A stretch of DNA of 27,510 bases from an uncultured Nitrososphaerota archaeon (GTDB lineage: Archaea; Asgardarchaeota; Njordarchaeia; Njordarchaeales; Panguiarchaeaceae): NCBI GenBank assembly GCA_964636085.1, contig CAZWPQ010000029.1, positions 1-27,510 of the forward strand, given 5' to 3'. Both the position numbers and the translations under genes were made by a program. The notes beneath the pieces are model-generated. The model was given only the letters and a program-made list of their open reading frames with translations, had not been told where the DNA came from and made no database searches. Positions 10,558 to 20,545 of the stretch are shown here, piece after piece; within the stretch, counting starts at the first letter, position 1; every line of letters starts with the position of its first letter.

Positions 10558-13500
10558 ATGTCTATATTGGCTGGTGAAAATAAAAAGGCTAAATTATCTA
10601 CAAGAAAAAAGCTCATAGTAGTTGTAATAGTAGTGCTCCTAATTGGGACGACTTTATTTTATGTATTATACCTCCGCATCCCGAAGGAAGCCAAACCAGA
10701 CACGTCGTTAAATCCGCCAGAATACTCCCCATTACCCGAGGATTGGGATGGTGATGGAATAAAAAATGCTTTGGAGGCTCTCTACGGTACTGATCCATAC
10801 AATCCTGATTCGGATGGCGATGGTATATGGGATGGATATGAGATCAATTGGAATATTGATATTGATGGGGATGGCTACATAAACGCTCTAGATATGGATT
10901 CTGATGGTGACGATTTATTAGATGGCGTGGAGGATAAAAATCTTAATGGTATTGTAGATGTTGGTGAGACAAGCTATGTTTTAGCTGATACGGATAGCGA
11001 TTGCTTACTTGATGGAGTCGAGGACTTCAACCTTAATGGGATTGTCGATGAGGGGGAGCCAAACCCTCTTGATAATGATACGGACGACGATGGATTGATG
11101 GATGGATTGGAGATAGATTGGAATGCTGATAGTGATAATGATACCATAATAAACGTTCTGGACCTAGACTCCGATTCGGATACACTACTTGACGGGGATG
11201 AGTTTTATGTATACAACACAAGCCCCATTAATAATGATACTGATTACGATGGAGTGGCAGACAATGTAGAGCTCATAAAAGGGACGAATCCGCTGGATTC
11301 GGATACAGATAACGACGGATTAATTGATGGAATAGAAGCCACCAATGATGCATATTGGATAGAGGCCGAGCAGTACGTAATTGATCCAGATATGCAGTTA
11401 GAGGAGGATATAAACGCAACAAATAATCTAACCGTACAATCACTTCCGGATGGGAGACTAATAGAGGGAGATCTACCAATAAATCTCACTGCTGGGCACT
11501 ACAAATTATTCCTCAGAGTAAAAGCTGTGTATTCTATCTATGGCGCCCCATACATCGATATTGGAATTATTGGGGATAATGTGGATTATTCGGACAGGAT
11601 ATTTTTGACATATGTTAATGTTTCAGCATATCTGAATGTTACGGACCCGAACATATATAGATGGTATTCAACACGACTCCTAAATGTATCCCAGAATGAG
11701 AGCCTACACCTTGTAGTAAATGCGAGTCTAAATGACGTTATCTTTATAGACAGACTGCTCCTATATAAGATAAAAACAATAAAGTATATCCCGACGGATC
11801 CACTAGTAAACGATACGGATATGGACGGCTTATTGGATGGGGATGAAGAAACAATCGAGTCATATTGGTGGGAAGCCGAAGATTATGCCTACGATGAAAC
11901 CCAGATAATTGATAACTCGGACTGGAGCAATGGGAAGGGGGTCATAAATCTCGAAAATGGTAGTATATGCAGGATAGAGGATGAAAACGCTGTATTTATG
12001 CCTAGTGACTACTCAATATATGCAAGAATAATAGAGGAGGATCCCTACAACGACACATTCCCGAATGTTTGTGTTGTGCTACATATAGACTATATTGGGG
12101 GAGGAGAAAAAATTATCCCAGGAATCATGCAGGCCAAGGGTCCATATCCTAGGGGGAGGTGGATAGTAGCATATTTTAATGGTTGCATGGGAATAAGCTT
12201 TTTTACATTAGATAAACCAGCAAAGCTAACAATAGAGCTAGATATTGTATCCACCGCATGGGAACATGTATTTGTTGACAAAATAGCACTAATGAACCTA
12301 CGTTTCAATAGATCTAGATATCTGGGCCATATCTATGATTATGATTTAGTGCCAAGAGCTAAGGATCCAATGGATCCCGACACAGATGGTGATCAATATA
12401 GGGTGCTTGATGGTGTGCTTCCTAACTCAACGGGTTACCTTACCGATGGATTCGAATGGAATTTGGGTATGAATCCTATGGGTATCGATACGGACTTTGA
12501 TAATCTGTTTAATTTTTCTGCATTTTTGACCGACGATTTTGATCCAAACCCATTTGATAGCGATTCTGACGGGGATGGACTATTTGACTGGATTGAAGAT
12601 TTTAATTTGGATGGAAAGTGGAATGCATCACATGGAGAGACAAATTACCTCGACGCGGACACAGATGATGATGGAATCATAGATGGAAACGAAGATTGGA
12701 ATTACGATGGCCTATGCGAGTTTTGGGAGACAGACCCATTGCTGAACGATACTGATTATGACCACTTGATAGATGGTTATGAGATAGGATTATGGAGACC
12801 ACAGAAATACGGTATAGGCACAAGTAATTGGCCATATAGATCCATAGCAAATAGAACTATACACAAAACGAATCCTACTAATTGGGATACGGATGGGGAT
12901 GGCCTTCCTGACGGATGGGTAGACTTTAACAACAATAGCATCATGGATCCCGGAGAATATGAGGATAAGGATCTTGACGGCATGACGAATTATGGAGCAT
13001 GGAGAAATGGCACAGGATTCGGTGAAACCGATCCTACATCGCCAGATTCTGATGGGGATTATATCTGGGATAACGAGGAAATAGACCAGGGACTAAACCC
13101 AATAGTTTTTGACTATCCAGACCTAGAAATAACACCCAGCGACCTGAAGGTTATTCCTAAGCGCCCTACCACTCCAAAGCGTTGGGAATACATAGGGTTT
13201 ACCATAGGGGTAACCATTGGGAATATTGGCAACAACTCTATGCCCTCATGGAGACATAAAAGACTTTTCAAGATCGAGGTTCTTGCATTTAATAATGTCA
13301 GTGGCTATTTAAGTAGTATTGGATACAGTAGCTCATCCATTAACAAAATAGAGCCGGGAGGATCCGTATACATGGAGGTACAGGTATGCCTCAGGGGAGG
13401 ATATTATAACATAACCATAGAGGTAAAAGCGAGAGCAAGGGAAAAATCAAAAACCAACAATAGAGCAACTATTCAGATCCATGTATATAGCCCGCCTGAA

Positions 13501-16065
13501 GCATATCCATATCTCGATCTTGAGGGATATAATAAGTATGGATATGCCGTTATTGAGGAAAATCGAACTAACGTTAGTGTGATAGGTATTGGGGAGGATC
13601 TAGACGGGGAGATCGCTTATTATATGTGGGACTTCGATATGGATGGGATATGGGACTTTGTTAGTAATGAAACTGGAAATACAACAATAGTAATTAGCCA
13701 ACCCGGAAAATACACATTCAGGTTTAGAGTCGTCGATAATGATGGTCTATTTGATGAGAGCTCAGTTACTTTTCAGCTGGTTAATCCATCGGAGGTAGAT
13801 TCCGATGGGGATGGCCTAACTGATAAGGAAGAAGCTGATGTATATGGTACAGATATTTATAACGCGGATACGGATGGCGATGGGCTTAGCGATTCTTATG
13901 AGATAGAGATAGACTCCAGTCCTGTTAGCATGGACACCGATAGTGATGGTATTGATGATTGGTTAGAGACAGCTCTATTCGTAGCATTTGGCTATAATGC
14001 CTCACAGAAAAGGGATAATGATGGTGATGGATTAATAGACATTAGAGATAACGATTCTGATAATGACGGGCTATTGGATGGTTACGAGATTAGATGTATT
14101 GATTATAGCAATCCGTTCGACATAAGAAACTGGATTGGCATGAACCCATACCTGAATGATTCTGATTATGATGGACTTAGTGACTATCAGGAAAATAAGA
14201 CATATAGGTCGAATCCGTTGAATCCAGACAGCGATGGCGATGGCTTAACGGATTATGAGGAGGTAGTATTTGGAACAAATATTTGGAATCAAGACACCGA
14301 TAATGATGGGGTTAAGGATGGTTATGATATACAGCCATTCCTGAATTATCCATATCAGCCATTCACATTTACTTATGCTACAGGCGAAATAAGATATAAT
14401 ACAACAATACATGTTTTTGGTTTCAATGGATCAGCATGGAAAGATGTTGGCTATGGTTGGATACCTGTTGATCCGCCCCCAGGAAATGTAAAGACAAGCA
14501 AAATAAACCCAGCTTCCATCGGTAGTCTAGAGGCTTGGGGAAGTTTCGCCATCGAAGACCTAACATATATCGGTAGGGAATTAAAACACCGTGTCATGGG
14601 TATTAGTTGCACGGTTCCAGTAAACTGGAAAGTGATATATTATCTCTATAGCTATAATTATAATGCCTCTTTCTATAATAAGGAACCTATATGGCTATGG
14701 GCGGAGTCACATGCGATATTTCCAGTATACCTATACAACGGCAGAAATCAGACCGTTTCGATCCAGTTTATAGCGATCAATGATGAATCATTCGTAGGTG
14801 ATGGCAACTATAGATATATCGCATTTACCTACGACATATTTAAATATGAGGACATAGAGATATCCAACGGAAAAATTTCTGAGGTCTATTCTTGGCCCCT
14901 ATATTCCGAAACGACACCTGCAACTAGATTATATGGAAATGTTTATCAGGTAGACATAAGCATCCCGATCGAATATACACATCTGGGTAGGGTCTATCTA
15001 AGGATAAAGCCTATATGGATTGAGCATTTTAGAAACAAGACAAGAATAATCACAGTTCCCTACTGGAGGATAAATATAACATCCATGGCTCACCAAGTTT
15101 TCCTACCAAACGGCAAACTAGTTATCGGCAGAAAGACACTTAGAGATTTCAATAATACAATAGACACAAGATATTTCGAGCCCTCAACATATCAAAAACA
15201 TATACATAAGGAATCTGATATGCTATCATACGCCAATGATACGTACCTATATGAGGTACATGCATCAGACACATATTTCCTAAAGAACCAAGACGCATCC
15301 ACAGTTATGCTCTTATTTACTTCTAAAGACACAGTCTCTCAGTCTACGTCCGTGGAAACATTCATAAATTCGCTCCCAAGTAAGGTTAAGTCTAGAGAAA
15401 CAACAATAAATCTATTTAGGACTAAAGTAAATGAGATGTTAAGTAAGGCATCTAAAAAATACACAGTCCAAGTAATTGCGGCAATTACTAAGCATATAGA
15501 ATCCCTATCCTTCACATATGACAATGTGAAAATGCCATCAATACTCGAATTGGCATTCGATATGACTGGTGATATTCTTGGTTATTCTGAGGATATCTGT
15601 GATGTTTTGGCCGAGAGGTTCATCAAATATGCGGACACATTCGAAAAAGCCGCCAAAATAATAGGAAAAATTTCTTTTGGATTAGAAATAGCCGAGACCG
15701 CAATATATATTGGTCTACTGGCACAAAAAATCATGGAGACAAACGACCCCCACCTCCAGAAATACTACGCAGTTAAGATGATGTTTGCTATTGCAAGAAT
15801 CGCGATAGAGGTAGCATTAGAGATAATACTTCCAGAAATAGGCGGATACATAATCGCCGCCATAGACATTATAATTGAGGTATTCGGCCTAGACGAATAC
15901 ATAGAGCAATTCCAAAGATGGATAGTTGCATGTTGGGAGGCACTTACTGGAGAATGTCCAGAGGAATTCGCAAGACAAATGTATGAAAAAGCATGCAGAA
16001 AAATAATCGATCTAGTATCAAAGGGCCCGGACATCTCCGTTATGATAGTCCCCAGATACAAATAA
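10558..16065 (+). CDS. Giant N-terminally anchored surface protein with about 30 DxDxDG Ca-binding (TSP3-like) repeats, two CBM-like inserts, CARDB and PKD domains, and a hydrophobic helical C-terminal domain
   Basis: N-terminal TM RKKLIVVVIVVLLIGTTLFYVLYL. About 30 D-x-[DN]-x-[DN]-G-type motifs counted by eye. Two modules start WIEAEQY / WWEAEDY (CBM6/35-like). CARDB-like PDLEIT...IGNIGN...EKSKTNN. PKD-like YMWDFDMDG...PGKYTFRFRVVDNDG. Confidence 0.8.
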   Translation: MSILAGENKKAKLSTRKKLIVVVIVVLLIGTTLFYVLYLRIPKEAKPDTSLNPPEYSPLPEDWDGDGIKNALEALYGTDPYNPDSDGDGIWDGYEINWNIDIDGDGYINALDMDSDGDDLLDGVEDKNLNGIVDVGETSYVLADTDSDCLLDGVEDFNLNGIVDEGEPNPLDNDTDDDGLMDGLEIDWNADSDNDTIINVLDLDSDSDTLLDGDEFYVYNTSPINNDTDYDGVADNVELIKGTNPLDSDTDNDGLIDGIEATNDAYWIEAEQYVIDPDMQLEEDINATNNLTVQSLPDGRLIEGDLPINLTAGHYKLFLRVKAVYSIYGAPYIDIGIIGDNVDYSDRIFLTYVNVSAYLNVTDPNIYRWYSTRLLNVSQNESLHLVVNASLNDVIFIDRLLLYKIKTIKYIPTDPLVNDTDMDGLLDGDEETIESYWWEAEDYAYDETQIIDNSDWSNGKGVINLENGSICRIEDENAVFMPSDYSIYARIIEEDPYNDTFPNVCVVLHIDYIGGGEKIIPGIMQAKGPYPRGRWIVAYFNGCMGISFFTLDKPAKLTIELDIVSTAWEHVFVDKIALMNLRFNRSRYLGHIYDYDLVPRAKDPMDPDTDGDQYRVLDGVLPNSTGYLTDGFEWNLGMNPMGIDTDFDNLFNFSAFLTDDFDPNPFDSDSDGDGLFDWIEDFNLDGKWNASHGETNYLDADTDDDGIIDGNEDWNYDGLCEFWETDPLLNDTDYDHLIDGYEIGLWRPQKYGIGTSNWPYRSIANRTIHKTNPTNWDTDGDGLPDGWVDFNNNSIMDPGEYEDKDLDGMTNYGAWRNGTGFGETDPTSPDSDGDYIWDNEEIDQGLNPIVFDYPDLEITPSDLKVIPKRPTTPKRWEYIGFTIGVTIGNIGNNSMPSWRHKRLFKIEVLAFNNVSGYLSSIGYSSSSINKIEPGGSVYMEVQVCLRGGYYNITIEVKARAREKSKTNNRATIQIHVYSPPEAYPYLDLEGYNKYGYAVIEENRTNVSVIGIGEDLDGEIAYYMWDFDMDGIWDFVSNETGNTTIVISQPGKYTFRFRVVDNDGLFDESSVTFQLVNPSEVDSDGDGLTDKEEADVYGTDIYNADTDGDGLSDSYEIEIDSSPVSMDTDSDGIDDWLETALFVAFGYNASQKRDNDGDGLIDIRDNDSDNDGLLDGYEIRCIDYSNPFDIRNWIGMNPYLNDSDYDGLSDYQENKTYRSNPLNPDSDGDGLTDYEEVVFGTNIWNQDTDNDGVKDGYDIQPFLNYPYQPFTFTYATGEIRYNTTIHVFGFNGSAWKDVGYGWIPVDPPPGNVKTSKINPASIGSLEAWGSFAIEDLTYIGRELKHRVMGISCTVPVNWKVIYYLYSYNYNASFYNKEPIWLWAESHAIFPVYLYNGRNQTVSIQFIAINDESFVGDGNYRYIAFTYDIFKYEDIEISNGKISEVYSWPLYSETTPATRLYGNVYQVDISIPIEYTHLGRVYLRIKPIWIEHFRNKTRIITVPYWRINITSMAHQVFLPNGKLVIGRKTLRDFNNTIDTRYFEPSTYQKHIHKESDMLSYANDTYLYEVHASDTYFLKNQDASTVMLLFTSKDTVSQSTSVETFINSLPSKVKSRETTINLFRTKVNEMLSKASKKYTVQVIAAITKHIESLSFTYDNVKMPSILELAFDMTGDILGYSEDICDVLAERFIKYADTFEKAAKIIGKISFGLEIAETAIYIGLLAQKIMETNDPHLQKYYAVKMMFAIARIAIEVALEIILPEIGGYIIAAIDIIIEVFGLDEYIEQFQRWIVACWEALTGECPEEFARQMYEKACRKIIDLVSKGPDISVMIVPRYK

Positions 16066-16390
16066 TTATAATCACATAGAACCCACTTTCCTATTTTTGG
16101 CCTACAGAACAGTTTGCTTTATCATTTGATGATATAGGGCGTATTTAGCTGGGCCTCCAAGAATCCCGATATGTGTCGTTGTTTTCTTATATTTTTTATA
16201 TAAGTGGAATAAAATATAATTGTTAGGGCCTCGAGCATACATGTTAGGTATCCTTCATATGGTTTAACTTTATTTTTTAGGAGCAGTGAAAAATGAGGCA
16301 AGATAAACCACCGAATAGTTATGTGTGGGGCTTCAAGAACATGCTTCAATAACTTTTGCTATATTGTGTAATTTGTAGTGGTGTTTTGTC

Positions 16391-19300
16391 TTGGCTCCTA
16401 AGCTGATAAGAATATTAAGGAATGGATTAAGAAAAATTAAGGAGAAAGTATCAGGCTTTTTTGAGAGACATCCAACACTCACGAGGATTCTGGTATTTAC
16501 GCTTAGCTTCCTGCCCTTTGTCCCCTCCATAATCCAAACAGCAAAATCTAGTGCGATAGGGTCAGTACTCGTTAAAAGAAGAGAATCCATAGAGCAGGGG
16601 CAGATCGATGACGACTTTTGGGGAGATATATCCACGATACTGAACGATAGAAACATTGTAGAGATAACAAAGTTTATAAGAATGGCACTAGAGAGGATCC
16701 TAGAAGAGCGAAAATTGAAGGAAATTATTGGCGAGGCCGTGGCTGGCCTTGCAACAAGGGATGATGTCGAGCTCTTGCGCTCCGAGTTATTCCTCCTGAA
16801 GGAATACATGGGGAAGAATCTTGAGGATCTATACACAAAATATAGGGCCATGGTGGAGTCTTCAATAGACCTAATAGAAAACTACCTATCTGTGCATACC
16901 GAGATATCGACAATACCATATATTATACCCACAGCCTTCATGAGGTATGTTGAGGATCCATCTACAGGGATAAAACTTATCGAAAGAACCACAAGCATTA
17001 TCGAGAAATATGTTAAGCTTGCGGCTCCGGAGAAACTGGAGGAATATAGGACATGCATAAAGAATGACATTAGCATGCTTTTCCAATATCTCTTCGATGG
17101 CGATCTTACTGGGGCATTAGATGTGGCCAGAACCATTGAGAATAGAGCCAAGGATATACTAGGGGAGAAGGCCTCATTAATAATGGATGTTATCTATGCC
17201 GCAGAGGGAGAAATAAGAAAAATCTTGGGTTCGATTAGGAACAAGAAGCAGATATTAGACGCAATAGATGAATTAAGGGCACAACTCAAAAAACACAGAG
17301 CAGAACCCGAACTAATAAATAGCCTCAATGCCAGCATAATTAGAGTAGAGGGCATCCTCGAAAAATTCGAGACCACACTAAGAACCGTAGAGAACATAAT
17401 CGAGACAAACCTAAAGAACCCACCCATGATAAGTCCCCTAACATACTCGAGAAACCAGGTAAACAACGCAATTATCCTAGCCAAAAAACCGGGCGACCAA
17501 GAATTCAGCCAGGAACTCCACGTGGATAGAGGAAAAGTCCAGAGGAAAATAATGGAGCATGTACAAAAGGAGACAAGAAAAAACATACTCATAGTAACAG
17601 GCAGAGTGGGTGTAGGGAAGACATGGCTACTATCATATATAGCCAAGTATTCACTCGAAAAGCTAAATAAAATAACATTCCTCGTACCACTAGGCAAAAT
17701 AGATGACCCAGAGGAATATATTAGGCAGTTGCTCTATAAAATAAATCCAAAATATGTAAGCCTGGAGACACAACTCGAAGAAATATCCAACAAATACAAT
17801 GGGACAATAATAATATTGGATGCACTGGACGAGCACAAGCAGGACAAATACAGAATAATAAGACTGTTATCAAGAATGCGGGGAATACCAAAGACAAGAG
17901 TGATCATGAGTACTTGGGAGGGAACAATAAGGCTAAGCCCCGCCATACAGAGGGAGCTACAAGATCTTGAGAGCCATGGCTACCTAGAAACAATAAGGAT
18001 AGGGGGATTCACGTCGTCTGAGATAAAACAGGCACAGCAAAAATATGGGACAGAAATCCCTAGGAGCCTCATCGAACTCACAAAGGAGTACCCGTTCTTG
18101 ATAAACATAGTAAGAAAACTTAAGCAAAAGGGAGAGCAACCAGAGATCCATACACCAGAGATATATGACGAAATACTGATGAGGCTAAATATTGATCCAC
18201 AGAGCGTGGAGGTTGCGGAAACAGGAAAACTGTTCAACATAGTCGCTACAGGCCAGATTGATGCGTCAACATTCATACCGTACCAAGACAGAAACGAGAA
18301 GGTGGAGACAATATTCCATACCCACGAGATCCCTAGAAGATTGCTGGAGGCGGGAATAATCACTAAGATGGGGAGAAAATATAGATGTAAAAACCCTTGG
18401 ATAACAGCATACCTAATAGCTAAGGGCATACTGGAGGGAAGAAGGGAGGATATACAGAAACCCCAAACAGAACCACAGATCCTGAGTATACCACAATACG
18501 TGGAGCAGAAAACAAACTATAGAAACAAAACCATCGTAGCGGAAATAGCCAAGAGAATCGGAGAAAAAACAGCACAAATAGAGTACATAGAGGCATCCAC
18601 ACAACACAACCACTATGAAGCGGCGGGGGCAACAGCAATTATACATGGCCTCCTACACCTAGCACCCGGCCTAATACAGCAGGCACATCAGATCCTTCAA
18701 AATACACCACCAACAAAAAGGCTTATTCCCGAAGGAATTATAGAGGAGGCCTATAGAAATGAACAAATAGATGTCCTAAGGGTCATAGGTAGGCAAATAT
18801 TGGAGGCACTTAAAACAAGGGCCACATGGAATAAAACGATACAACAAATACAACAAATAACCCCGGCACCCACAATACCAACAACAGCGCCAGCAATAAC
18901 CATAAACCAGATAAACATACAGATAGAGGAACAAACAATAACACTATATAGGGGAGAAACAGCAATAATTGGGAGAATACCTAAAAGCCAAATACAGACC
19001 CTAGAAGACGCCTACAGACTAGCAGCCCTGATCACGAGAAGGGACGGAAACCAACAACTAGTAAAACTAGACATTACAAATCCACTAATAACGAGGCTAC
19101 CACCAGACAAGAGGGGACACGTAAAAATCCAGCTAACACAAGAAGGACAAATAATAGTGATGGATCTAGGATCAACAAACAGGACGGCAATCAATGGAAA
19201 AATAATACCGCCGAACAAAGAAACAACAACAAGACCAAACACAGAAATAGTTTTAGCTCCAGAAACAACAAATGCGGTAAAAATAAAACTAAGAACATGA
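16391..19300 (+). CDS. STAND/NACHT-like P-loop NTPase with N-terminal helical domain and C-terminal FHA domain
   Basis: Walker A ILIVTGRVGVGKT and Walker B TIIILDALDE. Downstream RVIMST...IGGFTSSEI...PFLI pattern resembles STAND NTPases. FHA motifs GETAIIGR...ITR..GH..IIVMDLGSTNRTAING. TTG start follows GGTG. Confidence 0.82.
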   Translation: MAPKLIRILRNGLRKIKEKVSGFFERHPTLTRILVFTLSFLPFVPSIIQTAKSSAIGSVLVKRRESIEQGQIDDDFWGDISTILNDRNIVEITKFIRMALERILEERKLKEIIGEAVAGLATRDDVELLRSELFLLKEYMGKNLEDLYTKYRAMVESSIDLIENYLSVHTEISTIPYIIPTAFMRYVEDPSTGIKLIERTTSIIEKYVKLAAPEKLEEYRTCIKNDISMLFQYLFDGDLTGALDVARTIENRAKDILGEKASLIMDVIYAAEGEIRKILGSIRNKKQILDAIDELRAQLKKHRAEPELINSLNASIIRVEGILEKFETTLRTVENIIETNLKNPPMISPLTYSRNQVNNAIILAKKPGDQEFSQELHVDRGKVQRKIMEHVQKETRKNILIVTGRVGVGKTWLLSYIAKYSLEKLNKITFLVPLGKIDDPEEYIRQLLYKINPKYVSLETQLEEISNKYNGTIIILDALDEHKQDKYRIIRLLSRMRGIPKTRVIMSTWEGTIRLSPAIQRELQDLESHGYLETIRIGGFTSSEIKQAQQKYGTEIPRSLIELTKEYPFLINIVRKLKQKGEQPEIHTPEIYDEILMRLNIDPQSVEVAETGKLFNIVATGQIDASTFIPYQDRNEKVETIFHTHEIPRRLLEAGIITKMGRKYRCKNPWITAYLIAKGILEGRREDIQKPQTEPQILSIPQYVEQKTNYRNKTIVAEIAKRIGEKTAQIEYIEASTQHNHYEAAGATAIIHGLLHLAPGLIQQAHQILQNTPPTKRLIPEGIIEEAYRNEQIDVLRVIGRQILEALKTRATWNKTIQQIQQITPAPTIPTTAPAITINQINIQIEEQTITLYRGETAIIGRIPKSQIQTLEDAYRLAALITRRDGNQQLVKLDITNPLITRLPPDKRGHVKIQLTQEGQIIVMDLGSTNRTAINGKIIPPNKETTTRPNTEIVLAPETTNAVKIKLRT

Positions 19301-19503
19301 TACCAACAAAAAACATAATCGAGATAGGGCCTAATTTTGCATTAGTGTATGGATGACTTTCCTACCACACCAAGCAGACATGGAAGAACCACTAGCAAAA
19401 AAGTAGTTGTATCCTCCTTCGATGCCTTAACTCATTATATAGCTGCAAAAGCGACTCTTATACCTTTATGCTTTATTGCTTTGGAGAAGATAAATTTATT
19501 TGG

Positions 19504-19824
19504 CTATATTTCCTCCAGTTCTTGTGGATCTATAAATCTTAGGTACCAATTATTCAGTTGTTTCTGAGTTATTATGTGTAGCTCTATCGGAGCGTCTATT
19601 GATTTATAGACTTCGGTCATGATCTCGTACTTCATATCTATTTTCTCCGTAATAACCAATATATCTATATCGCTCGTAGCGGTAAATTTGCCCCTAACAA
19701 CAGAACCAAAAACAAATACTCTGGCCCTAGAATCAAATTTTTTCACTATCTCTTTGACCTTCCTCGCGATTCTCCTATAATCCCTTAGCATATCAAGAAC
19801 GCTACTGCCGTATCTTCTCGACAA
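19504..19824 (-). CDS. Minimal nucleotidyltransferase (MNT), antitoxin of a HEPN-MNT pair
   Basis: VFVFGSVVRGKFTATSDIDILVI (GS...DxD motif); overlaps the HEPN stop codon region. Confidence 0.92.
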   Translation of the reverse strand: MSRRYGSSVLDMLRDYRRIARKVKEIVKKFDSRARVFVFGSVVRGKFTATSDIDILVITEKIDMKYEIMTEVYKSIDAPIELHIITQKQLNNWYLRFIDPQELEEI

Positions 19825-20194
19825 GGCTTCTGAACACCTCTACAACAAACCTATACAGATCCCTAACCTCCTTCTCCTCATAGACATATGGGAGATATCT
19901 TGATGCGATATAGGCCTCCTCAAGTCTTGCTATATAGTGGATATATCTTGTATCCTCAACAAGACTCAAGATACTCTGATCAAATTCTCCTAGCTCCCTT
20001 ATTAGTCTCCTTAGAGAGTGAGTGCGTGGATAGCTACCTCGCAGGACAAGTAGTTTATACTTTATTATCAATTGACAATATTGCTCCAAATTAAACATTG
20101 CCAAGTCCCATTCGCCCTCCTCCATAAGTCTTTCCGCATTCTTAAGGAAGGCTTCTGCACGCCTTTTCAAAATCTCAGCCTCCTCAAACGCCAA
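19802..20194 (-). CDS. HEPN domain protein (COG2250-type), putative toxin of a HEPN-MNT pair
   Basis: RAEAFLKNAERL..G.WDLAMF..EQ..QL..K...YPRTHSL..L...YIASRY signature; directly upstream of the MNT gene. Confidence 0.92.
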   Translation of the reverse strand: MAFEEAEILKRRAEAFLKNAERLMEEGEWDLAMFNLEQYCQLIIKYKLLVLRGSYPRTHSLRRLIRELGEFDQSILSLVEDTRYIHYIARLEEAYIASRYLPYVYEEKEVRDLYRFVVEVFRSLVEKIRQ

Positions 20195-20545
20195 AGCATA
20201 CCCCTAAATATCAAATATAATGGACTTATTCAAAATTGGTATTTTTTTGAATATAAAGCTTAGATAAAAACAACAGTAACAATGAACAAAAATTAAACAT
20301 AGTAAATCAAAGAAAAACATCATTAATCGTTGAGTGTATCAGAAACTCTTCCTTTTCATCAATCTAGAGTTGCCATATAAGAAACCCATAGACAACAATT
20401 CACTACTCGAGATGAAGTCAAAGATAAGAGGCCCCTTGTGGAAGATCCTCTACCAACACTCCAAACATCAACAAACATCTAATTCGTGAACGTAACTCAA
20501 CCTATCCATATAGCCAAATACAATCAATGAATGCTACAACACAAG

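Noticed and set aside
10738-14330. CRISPR array or DNA-level tandem repeat in the GAT-rich region
   Set aside because: The recurrence is protein-level DxDxDG coding with divergent codons; there are no constant repeats with unique spacers.
19349-19567. 72-aa ORF or PIN remnant (SSFDALTHYIAAK)
   Set aside because: Resemblance is limited to a few residues, and the ORF overlaps the MNT gene on the opposite strand.
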